A DNA stretch of 64,000 nt, from positions 1 to 64,000 of the IMG/VR virus record IMGVR_UViG_3300023184_000038; one strand, written 5' to 3'. The DNA comes from a virus. Below, piece after piece: positions 23,383 through 34,700 of the stretch. The translations under genes were made by a program, and so were the position numbers. Position 1 is the stretch's first letter. The number at the start of each line of letters is the position of its first letter. A model generated the notes under the pieces. That model was not told where the DNA came from. It did no database searches and saw only the letters and a list, made by a program, of their open reading frames with translations.

Positions 23383-24153
23383 GTGTATTCAACCCAAGTT
23401 TTCATTTATACTCAACGTCAAATCGTTGTATTATTGTCAGGATATTCGCCAAGGAGTTATATGCCTCAGTACGCTAAACCATTGACTCTACATAAGGGTG
23501 TGGACAATCAATTACAATTTCAGTTTTTAAATCAAGAACAAAAACCAGTGGACATCACAGGTAAATCAATTACTTGCAGAATTATTAATTATACCGGCGG
23601 AGAAATCTTATTACAAAAAGCACTTACTTTACAATTATCAGTCACAGGAATTGCAGCATTGTTCGTAAATTCGGCTGATTTAGAAAATATTGATGCTCAA
23701 CGATGCTATTATTCATTAGAAATTCCAGTAGGAGAGTTTGATTATCCAGTGTTTGTTGATCAAAATTCAGCGGCAAGAGGAGACTTAAATATTGTTAATT
23801 CAGTGCTACCCAATTTTATTCCTTCTCAAGCAGTAACCATTCCAACAGGACAACCATTCCCTAATTTAAATCCAAATTCTAACTCTAATTCTACTGCACA
23901 AACGTTTTATAGTAGTGTGGTTAATACTAACGATAATCCTATTTTAAGTTTACAAACCGAATATGCAGGATATTATGGAAATGTAATAATTGAGGGTTCT
24001 ACAATTGTAGATGGGGATTGGTATCCAATTACAACGGTTGCCTATTCTAATGTTACTGATACTAAAGGATATGTGGTTACCGGATTTCATCCCTATATAC
24101 GGATGCAGTTTGTAAGCAATGTTGGAGTTGTTTCAAATATATTAGCCAGATAA
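23383..24153 (+). CDS. Putative virion/baseplate-associated protein
   Basis: Beta-rich, GVDNQLQFQFLNQEQKPVDITG, TAAATA motif upstream. Confidence 0.6.
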   Translation: MYSTQVFIYTQRQIVVLLSGYSPRSYMPQYAKPLTLHKGVDNQLQFQFLNQEQKPVDITGKSITCRIINYTGGEILLQKALTLQLSVTGIAALFVNSADLENIDAQRCYYSLEIPVGEFDYPVFVDQNSAARGDLNIVNSVLPNFIPSQAVTIPTGQPFPNLNPNSNSNSTAQTFYSSVVNTNDNPILSLQTEYAGYYGNVIIEGSTIVDGDWYPITTVAYSNVTDTKGYVVTGFHPYIRMQFVSNVGVVSNILAR

Positions 24154-24189
24154 TTTGCTTTAGTGTTTCTATTGTGTTACAATCAATAG

Positions 24190-25164
24190 ATGTTTGATAT
24201 CCTGTCTATATTACCTGGTAAAAAGAAACAAACAAGTTCGGGTTGGACTAGCTTTAACGCAATTTGCTGCACCCACTTTGGTCATAGACAAGACAAAAGA
24301 ATGCGCGGTGGCATCAAGTTTGATGGCAGTAACTGGTCTATACATTGCTTCAATTGCGGGTTCAAATGTAACTTTGTACTAGGTCGTTCAATCAGCGTTA
24401 AAACTCGCAATCTATTAGTTTGGTCTGGAATTGATGATCAACAAGTTAAACGTTGGAGTTTAGAAAGTCTACAACAAAAAGAATTGATAGACTTTACGCA
24501 GTCAAAAAAGCAAAAAATAAAAATTAAGTTTAATGAACACAAACTCCCTGATGGTGAACTTGTAGATAGTAATAACCCATTGCACAAAATATACGTGGAA
24601 TATCTGCAAAGTAGGAAGATAGATAGTAATAACTATCCTTTCTTAATTACTCCAAATGAAACAGGCAGGATGGGTAATAGGGTAATAGTACCCTATACAT
24701 ATAAGAATAAAATTGTAGGACATACAAGTAGATTCTTGGATAACAAAATTCCCAAGTATATCAATGAACAACAGCCGGGATATGTGTTTAACATTGATAT
24801 GCAGAAACCAGAATGGCAAGTATGTATAGTGACAGAGGGTATATTTGATGCATTAAGTATAGATGGGGTAGCACTAATGCATGATGACATTAATAGCGAC
24901 CAAGCATTGCTTCTTAGTACATTGAATAAACAACTTATATTAGTTCCGGACAGAGATAAAACAGGACTAGCATTGTGTGATAAAGCATTAGACTTGGGAT
25001 ATAGCGTAAGTTTACCTGACTGGGAAGTTGACGTAAAAGATGTTAATGATGCGGTTATCAAATACGGAAAGTTACCTACCCTATTAAGTATACTACAGTG
25101 TGCAACAAATAGTAAAATTAAAGTAGAAATGAGAAGGAAAAAAATTGGCAAAGCAAGAAACTAA
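24190..25164 (+). CDS. DNA primase (T4 gp61-like)
   Basis: Zn ribbon (CC...HCFNCG), TOPRIM VTEGIFDA, VPDRD, KDVND. Confidence 0.9.
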   Translation: MFDILSILPGKKKQTSSGWTSFNAICCTHFGHRQDKRMRGGIKFDGSNWSIHCFNCGFKCNFVLGRSISVKTRNLLVWSGIDDQQVKRWSLESLQQKELIDFTQSKKQKIKIKFNEHKLPDGELVDSNNPLHKIYVEYLQSRKIDSNNYPFLITPNETGRMGNRVIVPYTYKNKIVGHTSRFLDNKIPKYINEQQPGYVFNIDMQKPEWQVCIVTEGIFDALSIDGVALMHDDINSDQALLLSTLNKQLILVPDRDKTGLALCDKALDLGYSVSLPDWEVDVKDVNDAVIKYGKLPTLLSILQCATNSKIKVEMRRKKIGKARN

Positions 25165-26572
25165 CAAACAATTAGAATATACAACCGATGTTCAGAAATT
25201 ATTTCTGAGGATGATGATTACCAACGCGGAGTTGTATACCCGTGTTATGAATATCATGAATAGTGAGAACTTTGAACGTTCATTGCGCCCTGCGGCTGAG
25301 TTGTTTAAAACACATACAGACAAGTATAGAGTATTACCAGATTCAACACAAATCAAAGCGACAACTGGAATAGACATTGATCCTATTCCAGAATTGAATG
25401 ATGGGCATTATGAATGGTTTTTTGATGAATTTGAATCATTTACTAAACGACAAGAACTAGAACGGGCAATTCTTAAAGCAGCCGACTTGTTAGAAAAGGG
25501 TGAGTTTGAGCCAGTTGAGAAACTAATTAAAGATGCAGTACAAATTAGTTTACAAAAAGATATGGGTACAGATTATTTTGCTGACCCAGCCGGTCGTCTT
25601 AATAGGTATTTTAATAATGGGGGACAGGTCTCAACTGGTTGGCCACAAATGGATCGTATTCTGTATGGTGGAATGAGTAGGGGAGAATTAAATATTTTTG
25701 CAGGCGGATCAGGGTCAGGCAAAAGTTTAGTAATGATGAATCTTGCCTTAAATTGGTTACAAGCAGGATTAAGTGGAGTTTATATTACATTAGAATTAAG
25801 TGAAGAATTAACCAGTCTTAGGACTGATGCAATGATTACCAATACAGGTACTAAAGAAATTAGAAAAGATATTAGCAATACAGAACTTAAAGTTAAGATG
25901 ATGGCTAAAAAATCTGGAAAATATCAAGTTAAAGGATTGCCAGCACAAAGTAATGTTAATGATATTCGTGCTTTTTTAAAAGAGGTACAAATTCAAACAT
26001 CAATTAAAATTGATTTTGTAATGATTGATTACTTAGATTTAGTTATGCCAGTAAGTGTTAAGGTTAATCCAAATGATCAATTTATTAAAGACAAATATGT
26101 TACTGAAGAATTGAGAAATTTATCTAAAGAATTAAGAGTATTAATGGTTACTGCATCACAATTAAACCGAAGTGCAGTTGATGAACAAGAATTTGACCAT
26201 AGTCATATTGCAGGCGGTATCAGTAAGATTAACACAGCAGATAATGTGTTTGGTATTTTTACAAGTCGCAGTATGCGTGAGCGTGGGAAATATCAAATTC
26301 AATGTATGAAAAGTCGTAGTTCAACTGGAGTAGGGGCTAAAGTTGATTTAGAATATAATGTAGAAACTATGCGGATTACTGACCCGGATCCAGAAGCTGA
26401 CACAAGATATACAGCACAACCTAGTGCAATATCTATTATGGCTAAATTAAAGCCTACTAGTAGTTTTACGGATATATCGCAATTGGCAGAAATAGAACCG
26501 GTTAGAAAAATCGCAGTAAATGATCAGGGCTTAAAATTGCATGTATTGTTAAATAGTTTGAAAAAAGCATAA
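25145..26572 (+). CDS. Replicative DNA helicase (DnaB/gp41-like)
   Basis: GGSGSGKS, ITLELSE, IDYLD, TASQLNR. Confidence 0.92.
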   Translation: MAKQETNKQLEYTTDVQKLFLRMMITNAELYTRVMNIMNSENFERSLRPAAELFKTHTDKYRVLPDSTQIKATTGIDIDPIPELNDGHYEWFFDEFESFTKRQELERAILKAADLLEKGEFEPVEKLIKDAVQISLQKDMGTDYFADPAGRLNRYFNNGGQVSTGWPQMDRILYGGMSRGELNIFAGGSGSGKSLVMMNLALNWLQAGLSGVYITLELSEELTSLRTDAMITNTGTKEIRKDISNTELKVKMMAKKSGKYQVKGLPAQSNVNDIRAFLKEVQIQTSIKIDFVMIDYLDLVMPVSVKVNPNDQFIKDKYVTEELRNLSKELRVLMVTASQLNRSAVDEQEFDHSHIAGGISKINTADNVFGIFTSRSMRERGKYQIQCMKSRSSTGVGAKVDLEYNVETMRITDPDPEADTRYTAQPSAISIMAKLKPTSSFTDISQLAEIEPVRKIAVNDQGLKLHVLLNSLKKA

Positions 26573-26582
26573 ATACAACATT

Positions 26583-26831
26583 ATGCAAAAACAAACTAAA
26601 AGTTTATTAGAAGAATTAGAAACTCTTAGTAACAACCGAGATACTAAATACATAATTGAAAGTCGCGGGCATAATATTATTACAAGTGCCATTAATTTAC
26701 TTGATCTTATTAGTAAACACTATAATACTGAGCAAGCGGCTTTATTAGAAAGAAAGTTGCTTAGTGCAATAAAAAGTAAAGATCAAACCAGATTTTCAAA
26801 GTCTTTAAGGAAAAACAATGGTACTAACTGA
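26583..26831 (+). CDS. Hypothetical protein
   Basis: 82 aa ORF after ATAAATA. Confidence 0.7.
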   Translation: MQKQTKSLLEELETLSNNRDTKYIIESRGHNIITSAINLLDLISKHYNTEQAALLERKLLSAIKSKDQTRFSKSLRKNNGTN

Positions 26832-28074
26832 CTCTATCATACTACTTAGAAATACTATAGATAGATTATCTATTAATGAGGCCTTAAATAAGGGTCATGC
26901 TCCGCATCCTGAAGATTATGTATATCTTGCCGGTTCTAGCGGAGCAACTGAAGCAATACAATCAGCTATCCAAACAATTAAAAATCCAAAAACAATTACC
27001 ATTAAATGGGATGGATATCCGGCATTAATATTTGGTAGAGGGACAGACGGTCAATTTTCTATTATGGACAAACATATGTTCAATAAGAAAGACGGAACAG
27101 GCCGTGCAGTGTATAGTCCAGAACAATTTGCACAATATGATGCTGCCCGCGGCGTTAATAGAAGTGATTTAGCAGTATTAATTAATCAAATATGGGCGGG
27201 ACTTGAAGAATCCTCAGCAAACGCAATTGGATACTATTGGGGAGATTTGTTATTTAGCAAACCATTAATAGAACAAAACGGGGTATATGTATTTAAAGCA
27301 AACCCTAATGGGATTACATATACAGTACAAGCTGATAGCAGTGTGGGTAAATTAATAAAGAATAAAACTGCCGGAATTGCAGTGCATCAATATATTCCGC
27401 CCGGAGCAATTACAACTGATGACGCATCTTCATTAGATGGTAAATTGGGTCAATTAAAAAATATATCAAATGTTGCTATTTTGCCAAGTGCCATGCCACA
27501 GGCCCCTAACTTAAAAATTGATTCTACCTTATTAGCAAACGCTCAGTCCGAAATTAAAAACCATGGTGCTGAACTTGATAGTTTATTAGCCAATGCGCCG
27601 GGAGCATCTTTTAAAGAAGGATTGATTGGGGTTTATTTTAATAAAAAAATTCGTGAAGGTAATTTAAATAATTTACTTAATGGATTTTATGATTATAGTT
27701 TTCGGGCTAAAGCGGCTAAAATTGCTAAAGAACAAACTGCTATTTTACAAAAAAAAGACCCCAATGCTGCCGCAGTGATTCCAGAGCAGCCTAATGATTT
27801 TATTGCTTCTAGACCAATGACCGCGCCTATGAAAAGCAAAGTAGAACAGCATTTAAATACGCATAAAGCTGGATTAATAGCATTGTTTAAAATATGGGTT
27901 TCTATATACAAGTTAAAAATGGATATTTGGAAAAAATTAGATGATTCTGCTAAGTCAAGTCCTGTACAGGGGCAACTTGATGATGGCACTGCTGGGCAAG
28001 AAGGATTTGTTGCCAACGGCTTTAAATATGTTAATAGAATGGGTTTTTCTAGGCAGAATTTTGCTGCACGATAG
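26818..28074 (+). CDS. Hypothetical protein with ligase-like nucleotidyltransferase motifs
   Basis: TIKWDG (KxDG), WGDLLF, QEGFV, FKYVNR. Confidence 0.6.
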   Translation: MVLTDSIILLRNTIDRLSINEALNKGHAPHPEDYVYLAGSSGATEAIQSAIQTIKNPKTITIKWDGYPALIFGRGTDGQFSIMDKHMFNKKDGTGRAVYSPEQFAQYDAARGVNRSDLAVLINQIWAGLEESSANAIGYYWGDLLFSKPLIEQNGVYVFKANPNGITYTVQADSSVGKLIKNKTAGIAVHQYIPPGAITTDDASSLDGKLGQLKNISNVAILPSAMPQAPNLKIDSTLLANAQSEIKNHGAELDSLLANAPGASFKEGLIGVYFNKKIREGNLNNLLNGFYDYSFRAKAAKIAKEQTAILQKKDPNAAAVIPEQPNDFIASRPMTAPMKSKVEQHLNTHKAGLIALFKIWVSIYKLKMDIWKKLDDSAKSSPVQGQLDDGTAGQEGFVANGFKYVNRMGFSRQNFAAR

Positions 28075-28101
28075 TCTAGATTGCTCTTTTTTTAGTCCGG
28101 T

Positions 28102-28109
28102 GATAAATA
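28102..28109 (+). promoter_or_regulatory. T4-type late promoter motif ([G/T]ATAAATA), representative copy
   Basis: Same motif recurs before structural genes near 28581, 29520, 31680, 38373, 45379, 47338, 50984, 54179 and 59228. Confidence 0.7.
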
Positions 28110-28154
28110 AGTATATGAATCTATATGATTCAAATAACTTAAAGGAATTTCAAA

Positions 28155-28529
28155 ATGGCACAATTTACACGCACAAATGGCGACTTCAAACAACTAATTA
28201 ACTATGATGCAACTTCATACACCAACACAGGTGTTAATACATCTACCTCTGCTGTTACTGTTCAACCTGCTGGTCCAGTACTAGAGTTTTTCACGTTTAC
28301 TGCAGCCGGCGCTTTAACCGATACTGAAGTTAGTAACTTTTTTCTAACTATTGAGCAATTAGCAACAGTAATGATGTATGAATATACCGATGCTAGCTCT
28401 GATACAATAGCAGTTGCTCTTTATCCAGTTGGCGCATGGACAACATCTGCGATTACTGCTGCAATGACAGCAGTTGGTGGTGGTTTAGCAAGCGGTGCTA
28501 CAACAGCCACAGCAACATTCACAAACTAA
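28155..28529 (+). CDS. Putative small virion structural protein
   Basis: Ala/Thr-rich, late promoter, strong SD, terminator downstream. Confidence 0.65.
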   Translation: MAQFTRTNGDFKQLINYDATSYTNTGVNTSTSAVTVQPAGPVLEFFTFTAAGALTDTEVSNFFLTIEQLATVMMYEYTDASSDTIAVALYPVGAWTTSAITAAMTAVGGGLASGATTATATFTN

Positions 28530-28545
28530 TCTAATTAGTTTAATA

Positions 28546-28575
28546 AAGAACTCGGAATTTATTCCGAGTTTTTTT
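28546..28575 (+). terminator. Intrinsic terminator
   Basis: aactcggaat-tt-attccgagtt plus T run. Confidence 0.75.
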
Positions 28576-28592
28576 ACCTCTATAAATAGTAA

Positions 28593-29054
28593 GTGAGTTA
28601 CACTCTTACTTGTTATTGTTTATTTGATATTACTCCAACTGGAACAGTTAATAGAAGTAAGCCGGCGGTTGATGAAGACATTGATATTTGGGTATATAAA
28701 CGAAATACTCAATGTAATTTTGATACAGTATTACAAGCAATATCATTAAGATCGCAACCTGAACTATTAACCATGCCTAGTAAAATTGAAATCAACTTTG
28801 ACATATTTGACAATTTTGGATTTTTATTTCAGCAACGAGAAAAAGAAACATATCCTTGTTGGACTTTTAATTTTACAATACAGCACCCTAGCGTTTTTGA
28901 TGATGGAATAACTGAATTAGGGGCATTATACAGTGATTGTGATACTATACCAATGATTAAAACCAATACTATTTTAGAAAATCTTCCAAAATTTTTAGAT
29001 ACTACTCCGGAATTAAAAAATATACACTTTGAGGTTACTGCTAATGACGAATAA
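28593..29054 (+). CDS. Hypothetical protein
   Basis: LFDITPTG..RNTQCNFDTVLQAISLRSQP. Confidence 0.72.
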   Translation: MSYTLTCYCLFDITPTGTVNRSKPAVDEDIDIWVYKRNTQCNFDTVLQAISLRSQPELLTMPSKIEINFDIFDNFGFLFQQREKETYPCWTFNFTIQHPSVFDDGITELGALYSDCDTIPMIKTNTILENLPKFLDTTPELKNIHFEVTANDE

Positions 29055-29538
29055 AATCAATCACTTGCTTGATAACAAGTTTATTTCAACTTTACAAGAG
29101 TTGATAATTTTTAAAGATGAAATTGGAGTATATCAATTATTTAATAAATATAGTATAACCAAAACAAAAGAAGATAGTTATCGTATTACAACTAATACAT
29201 GGGCAGATTCTAAGATATTTTTTTCATTGAAAAATGCAGTTACCTGGTGTATTTTTGATAAAAGAAACAAGATATGTGAACTTAATAAAATTGAAGAATT
29301 AGATAAAAAATTAAGCGGAATGGACACGATTATCCAGCAACATAGCAATTTGATAAAAAAATCCAAAAAGGCAGAAGATAAACTAATATTTTTAAACAAG
29401 TTATCCGAAGATAAGATTATAAAAAAAAGAATATTAAAGGAATTGAACTTATATGAAATTGAGTCCACGGCGTGGCAAATGAACAGATTTTCGGGAAATA
29501 CGGATAATAATACAAAAAAGATAAATACTATATACTAG
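29044..29538 (+). CDS. Hypothetical protein
   Basis: GAGG SD before MTNK. Confidence 0.68.
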   Translation: MTNKINHLLDNKFISTLQELIIFKDEIGVYQLFNKYSITKTKEDSYRITTNTWADSKIFFSLKNAVTWCIFDKRNKICELNKIEELDKKLSGMDTIIQQHSNLIKKSKKAEDKLIFLNKLSEDKIIKKRILKELNLYEIESTAWQMNRFSGNTDNNTKKINTIY

Positions 29539-29552
29539 TTTGGAACCATACT

Positions 29553-30251
29553 ATGAAATTAAATGAATTTGAAAACAATAAAAGTACTATTGCTGCTAAA
29601 GCATTAACAGAGCATTATGAACTTCCGTTCAATGTAGCAAAACTAAATATGTCTGCTACAAAAACCATGCTTGGCAAAGTACGAAATGTGTTGAGAGAGA
29701 CAAAACAATCTGCTGATTTTTACAAAAAATCAACTAGTCCATCATACATGAAAATGGTATTTATGGAGCAATCCTTAGCACATCATTTTTATGATTTAAA
29801 AAATATGCCTAAATCTCGTATCTTTTTTGAAAATGAAGAAGTTGAAAAGTCACAAGTTGTTCTTGCTGCTCAAGATTTAGTAGACCAAATACAGAAAATG
29901 CTTGAAGATGTTGGTCAAATGCAAGTAAAAGAATTACCGGCATTAGTATCAAGTATTGAAAGTGAAATTGGTGTTAGTGAAAGCACGACATATAACGACC
30001 AAGTTACACAACAACTAGATACCTTAACTGCTACCTTGAAGGAAGCATTGGCCGGCATGAAAGCGGGATTGAACGGAATTACTGGACAAGCAGTAGATGC
30101 AGCATTTGATGCAGGCGCCGAAATGGGTGCTGAAGACATGGATGCTGATGCGATGGGTACCATGGATATGGGTGCTGAAGAAATGGCACCTCCTGTACCA
30201 GAATTACCAGAAGCTCCTCCGGTGGGCGGGGCAGGCAGAGCCAAAAGGTAA
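29553..30251 (+). CDS. Hypothetical acidic coiled-coil protein (possible head scaffold/internal protein)
   Basis: MKLNE start, late promoter, acidic tail ending GRAKR. Confidence 0.65.
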   Translation: MKLNEFENNKSTIAAKALTEHYELPFNVAKLNMSATKTMLGKVRNVLRETKQSADFYKKSTSPSYMKMVFMEQSLAHHFYDLKNMPKSRIFFENEEVEKSQVVLAAQDLVDQIQKMLEDVGQMQVKELPALVSSIESEIGVSESTTYNDQVTQQLDTLTATLKEALAGMKAGLNGITGQAVDAAFDAGAEMGAEDMDADAMGTMDMGAEEMAPPVPELPEAPPVGGAGRAKR

Positions 30252-30253
30252 AC

Positions 30254-30580
30254 ATGTTTTTGTTTGAATTAGATGCCGCCGGGGATGTAATTACTAAATT
30301 AACTATAATAGCAGACCAACTTAAAGCCGGAGTAGAGAAGAATAATATAACAGAATGGCCGCTAGATCAATTATTAAGTTATTTACAAAACAAAGGTGTT
30401 CCTGTAGATAAAGATACTTTATATGATATGATAAAAAGTCCACCATTGAATAATGTTATAGACAATATACAAGTTGATAAGGTTATTTTTAAGGGGAAAA
30501 CAGCGCCTGATGTGCCTGATACAGATAAAAATCAAGAAATTGTTAAACAAATGGCACAGCAGGCAATGCCAACACAATGA
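30254..30580 (+). CDS. Hypothetical protein
   Basis: 108 aa ORF in operon. Confidence 0.7.
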   Translation: MFLFELDAAGDVITKLTIIADQLKAGVEKNNITEWPLDQLLSYLQNKGVPVDKDTLYDMIKSPPLNNVIDNIQVDKVIFKGKTAPDVPDTDKNQEIVKQMAQQAMPTQ

Positions 30581-30897
30581 TAAGTATTACAGAAAAAGCA
30601 TCCAACAAAGTAAAACAAACTTTATCAAGACGTGGTAAAGGATTAGGAATCAGAATAGGAGTAAAGACCACTGGTTGTTCTGGTTTAGCCTATGTGTTAG
30701 AATATGTTGATACCCCGTGCCTTGAAGATATATCTATACTATGCAATGGTTGTTCAATTTATATTGATCCAAAAAGTTCTCCTTATTTTCAAGGGATGAC
30801 AATTGATTATGTGCGTAATGGATTAAATGAGGGGTTTGAATTTATAAATCCTAATGAACGTGACCGCTGTGGTTGCGGAACTAGTTTTCGTATTTAG
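30577..30897 (+). CDS. iscA: Iron-sulfur cluster assembly protein IscA
   Basis: GIRIGVKTTGCSGLAY...FEFINPN..RCGCGTSF. Confidence 0.95.
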   Translation: MISITEKASNKVKQTLSRRGKGLGIRIGVKTTGCSGLAYVLEYVDTPCLEDISILCNGCSIYIDPKSSPYFQGMTIDYVRNGLNEGFEFINPNERDRCGCGTSFRI

Positions 30898-30976
30898 AAT
30901 CCAAACGAACTATTGGAAAGTAAATTGCCCCAAATCTAGTTGACATATGGACTATAATTGTCTATAATTGGCTATA

Positions 30977-31663
30977 ATGTATAATCCACACAAATATAAC
31001 TATGTTAGTTTAAACAAACAAACAATTAACGGTTCACGTAAATATGCCACACCTGATGGCGAACATCTCCCTAGTGTTACTACAATCTTAGATGCTACAA
31101 AATCTGAAGAATCAAAACAAGCATTACAAAATTGGAGAAAACGAATAGGTGTAGTTAAGGCGCAAGAAATCACTACCGAAGCAGCCGGCCGCGGTACTCG
31201 TATGCACAAATGGTTAGAAAACTATGTTAAAACTGGTAGTACCGGAGAGCCCGGCAGTAATCCATATAGTATTCAAAGTCATCAAATGGCATTAAGTATC
31301 ATTGCACAAGGATTGATAAAATGTAATGAATATTGGGGTACTGAAGTTTCTTTATATTTTCCTAAAATTTATGCAGGTACTACTGATTTATGCGGAGTAC
31401 ATGAAGGGGCGGATGCTATATTAGATTTTAAACAAACTAATAAGTTTAAAAAAAGAGAATGGATTGATGATTATTTTATTCAACTAACTGCGTATGCCAA
31501 TGCTCACAATGAAGTGTACGGTACTAAAATACGCAAAGGTGTTATTTTAATGTGTACCGCAGATAACATTTATCAAGAATTTATCATTGAGGGTACTGAG
31601 TTTGACAAGTATTCTGACATGTGGTTTAAGCGTGTAGAACAATATTATATGAACTGTTTATAA
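30977..31663 (+). CDS. PD-(D/E)XK exonuclease
   Basis: PSVTTIL, RGTRMH, YAGTTD, ILDFKQ, QLTAYA. Confidence 0.88.
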   Translation: MYNPHKYNYVSLNKQTINGSRKYATPDGEHLPSVTTILDATKSEESKQALQNWRKRIGVVKAQEITTEAAGRGTRMHKWLENYVKTGSTGEPGSNPYSIQSHQMALSIIAQGLIKCNEYWGTEVSLYFPKIYAGTTDLCGVHEGADAILDFKQTNKFKKREWIDDYFIQLTAYANAHNEVYGTKIRKGVILMCTADNIYQEFIIEGTEFDKYSDMWFKRVEQYYMNCL

Positions 31664-31706
31664 AAGGAAACAGTATAAAGATAAATAAGTGTGAGGAATC
31701 ACATTT

Positions 31707-34700
31707 ATGGCCATAGTCCAAATATCAAAAATACAAGTAAGATCCGGAAGTTTAGTTGATTTACCACAATTAGATGAAGCTGAATTTGGTTGGGCGTCGG
31801 ATGATAAAAGATTATTTATTGGAAAAACTACCCCAAATGAAAATGTAGAAGTATTAACTTCATATTCTCAATTAAATTTCAGTCAGATAGTTGGATCATA
31901 TGGTAATTTAGATATAGCAAACTCCGTTGCTGATGGTGAGATTTTAACATTTGACGGAGAAAATTGGGTAAATCGCGGTGGCTCAGCCGGCGGGTTAATT
32001 TCTCTAGGAGATATATCTAATGTTCAAATTGACGGCGGTGCAATTGGATATATTATGGAAACCGATGGTGCCGGTAATTTAGCCTGGACACCAAAAGGAA
32101 CATTATACACTGCTATAACTAATTTTTACCCAACTACATTTACTGGATCAATAGCAGAGACTACAATTAATGCCGGCTCATTTGTAATAGGGAGAACTTA
32201 TCAAATTAAAACTGTCGGCACTACTAACTTTGTGACGATCGGTGCTTCAGCAAGTACAGTAGATGTAGTATTTACAGCAACAGGGGTTGGGGATCCCACT
32301 ACGACAGGAACTGCCTACTCAACCACGTTAACTGTTACCGCAGTCAGTTCAGGTTATATAGGAGTAAATAGTGCTATTCAAACTAGCGGGATGACTATAA
32401 CTTCCGGTACATATGTTGTTTCTCAAATTACAGGTACTGTTGGACTAGTAGGTACATATTATCTAAACAAACATCATACACTTTCATCTACTACTATATA
32501 CGGTCCACTATTAATGCAAGTTGCAAATACGGTGCCGTATACTAATGGAACTGAAATTTCTATTTCAGGTGTACAGGGAGTTTCTAATGCTACTGTTAAT
32601 GGGTTAACATTTTATCTTTCAATTACGGCTAATTATGCTTCGTCTGGTAATGTTGCCCTATACACTGATTTTGCAAGAATTCTGCCAACTAACGGCACTG
32701 CTGTAACTTATACAAATGCTCCAAATGCAATTGCAACTGCTCAAATAGGAAGCGGAAGCGGAGGGGCCGGAGCAATTGGCGGTTCTAATGGCATGGTGCA
32801 ATTTAATAGTTCAGGTATCTTTAATGGAGATTCTGGATTTACTTTTAATTTAACTGCTCCCAAAACATTAACAGTAGACGGCAATTTTAATATTAGTAAT
32901 GTGCAAGCATCCAATACTATTTCGGCTACACAATTTATTTCTAATATAGCAATTGGAACTCCACCCCTAGTAATTACGTCTACCACACTCGTTCCTAATT
33001 TATATGTTGCAAGAGCAAATGTAAGTGATAATGATGTCGTTACAACACAAACTACTGGAACGTTTTTTCCTACATTTGTTAATTCTTCTAGTACTGGTAA
33101 TTTAGCAATGGGAAGTAATGCTAACTTGTCATTTAATGCTGCAACTGGAAATCTATCTACTACTTTATTAAATGTTACAAGTAATGCTAACGTTGGTAAC
33201 TTAGGCACTGCTGGATTGATTGTTGCAACAGGTAATATAACCGGCGGGAATTTAATCACTGCTGGATTTGCTAATATAGGTACAACTTTATCTGTAACAG
33301 GTAACGCTAATGTTGGTAACTTAGGCACTGCTGGGCGTATAGTTGCAACAGGTAATATAACCGGGGGTAATTTAATCACTGCTGGATTTGCTAATGTTGG
33401 TGCTAATGCGAATATAGGTACTACTTTATCTGTAACAGGTAATGCTAATGTTGGTAATCTTGGTACTGCTGGATTGATTGTTGCAACTGGAAATATAACT
33501 GGTGGAAATTTAATCACTGCTGGATTTGCTAATGTTGGCACTACTTTATCTGTAACAGGTAATGCTAATGTTGGTAACTTAGGCACAGCTGGTGTTATCA
33601 TTGCTACTGGAAACATAACCGGTGGGAATTTAATCACTGCCGGATTTGCTAATGTTGGTACTACTTTGTCTGTAACAGGTAATGCTAATGTTGGTAATCT
33701 TGGTACTGCTGGTGTTATCATTGCAACAGGAAACATAACCGGTGGAAATTTAATTACTGCCGGGTTTGCTAATATAGGCACTACTTTATCTGTAGTTGGT
33801 AATGCTAATGTTGGTAATCTTGGTACTGCCGGGGTAATTGTTGCTACAGGTAACATAACCGGTGGAAATTTAATCACTGCTGGATTTGCCAACGTTGGCA
33901 CTACTTTGTCTGTAACAGGTAACGCTAATGTTGGTAACTTAGGCACTGCCGGATTGATTGTTGCTACTGGAAATATAACCGGGGGTAATTTAATTACTGC
34001 TGGATTGATTGTTGCAACAGGTAATATAACCGGCGGGAATTTAATCACTGCTGGATTTGCTAATGTTGGCACTACTTTATCCGTGGTTGGTAATGCTAAT
34101 GTTGGTAACTTGGGTACTGCTGGATTGATTGTTGTAACAGGTAATATAACCGGCGGGAATTTAATCACTGCTGGATTTGCTAATGTAGGCACTACTTTAT
34201 CCGTGGTTGGTAATGCTAATGTTGGTAACTTAGGTACAGCTGGATTGATTGTTGCAACTGGAAATATAACCGGCGGAAATTTAATCACTGCTGGATTTGC
34301 TAACGTTGGCACTACTTTATCTGTAACAGGTAATGCTGATGTTGGTAACTTAGGCACTGCGGGATTGGTTGTTGCAACTGGTAACATAACCGGTGGAAAT
34401 TTAATCACTGCTGGATTTGCTAACGTTGGCACTACTTTATCTGTAACAGGTAACGCTAATGTAGGTAATTTAGGAACTGCGGGATTGATTGTTGCTACCG
34501 GAAACATAACCGGTGGAAATTTAATCACTGCTGGATTTGCTAATGTTGGCACTACTTTATCTGTAACAGGTAACGCTAATGTTGGTAACTTAGGCACTGC
34601 GGGATTGATTGTTGCTACCGGAAACATAACCGGTGGAAATTTAATCACTGCTGGATTTGCTAACGTTGGCACTACTTTATCTGTGACAGGTAATGCTAAT

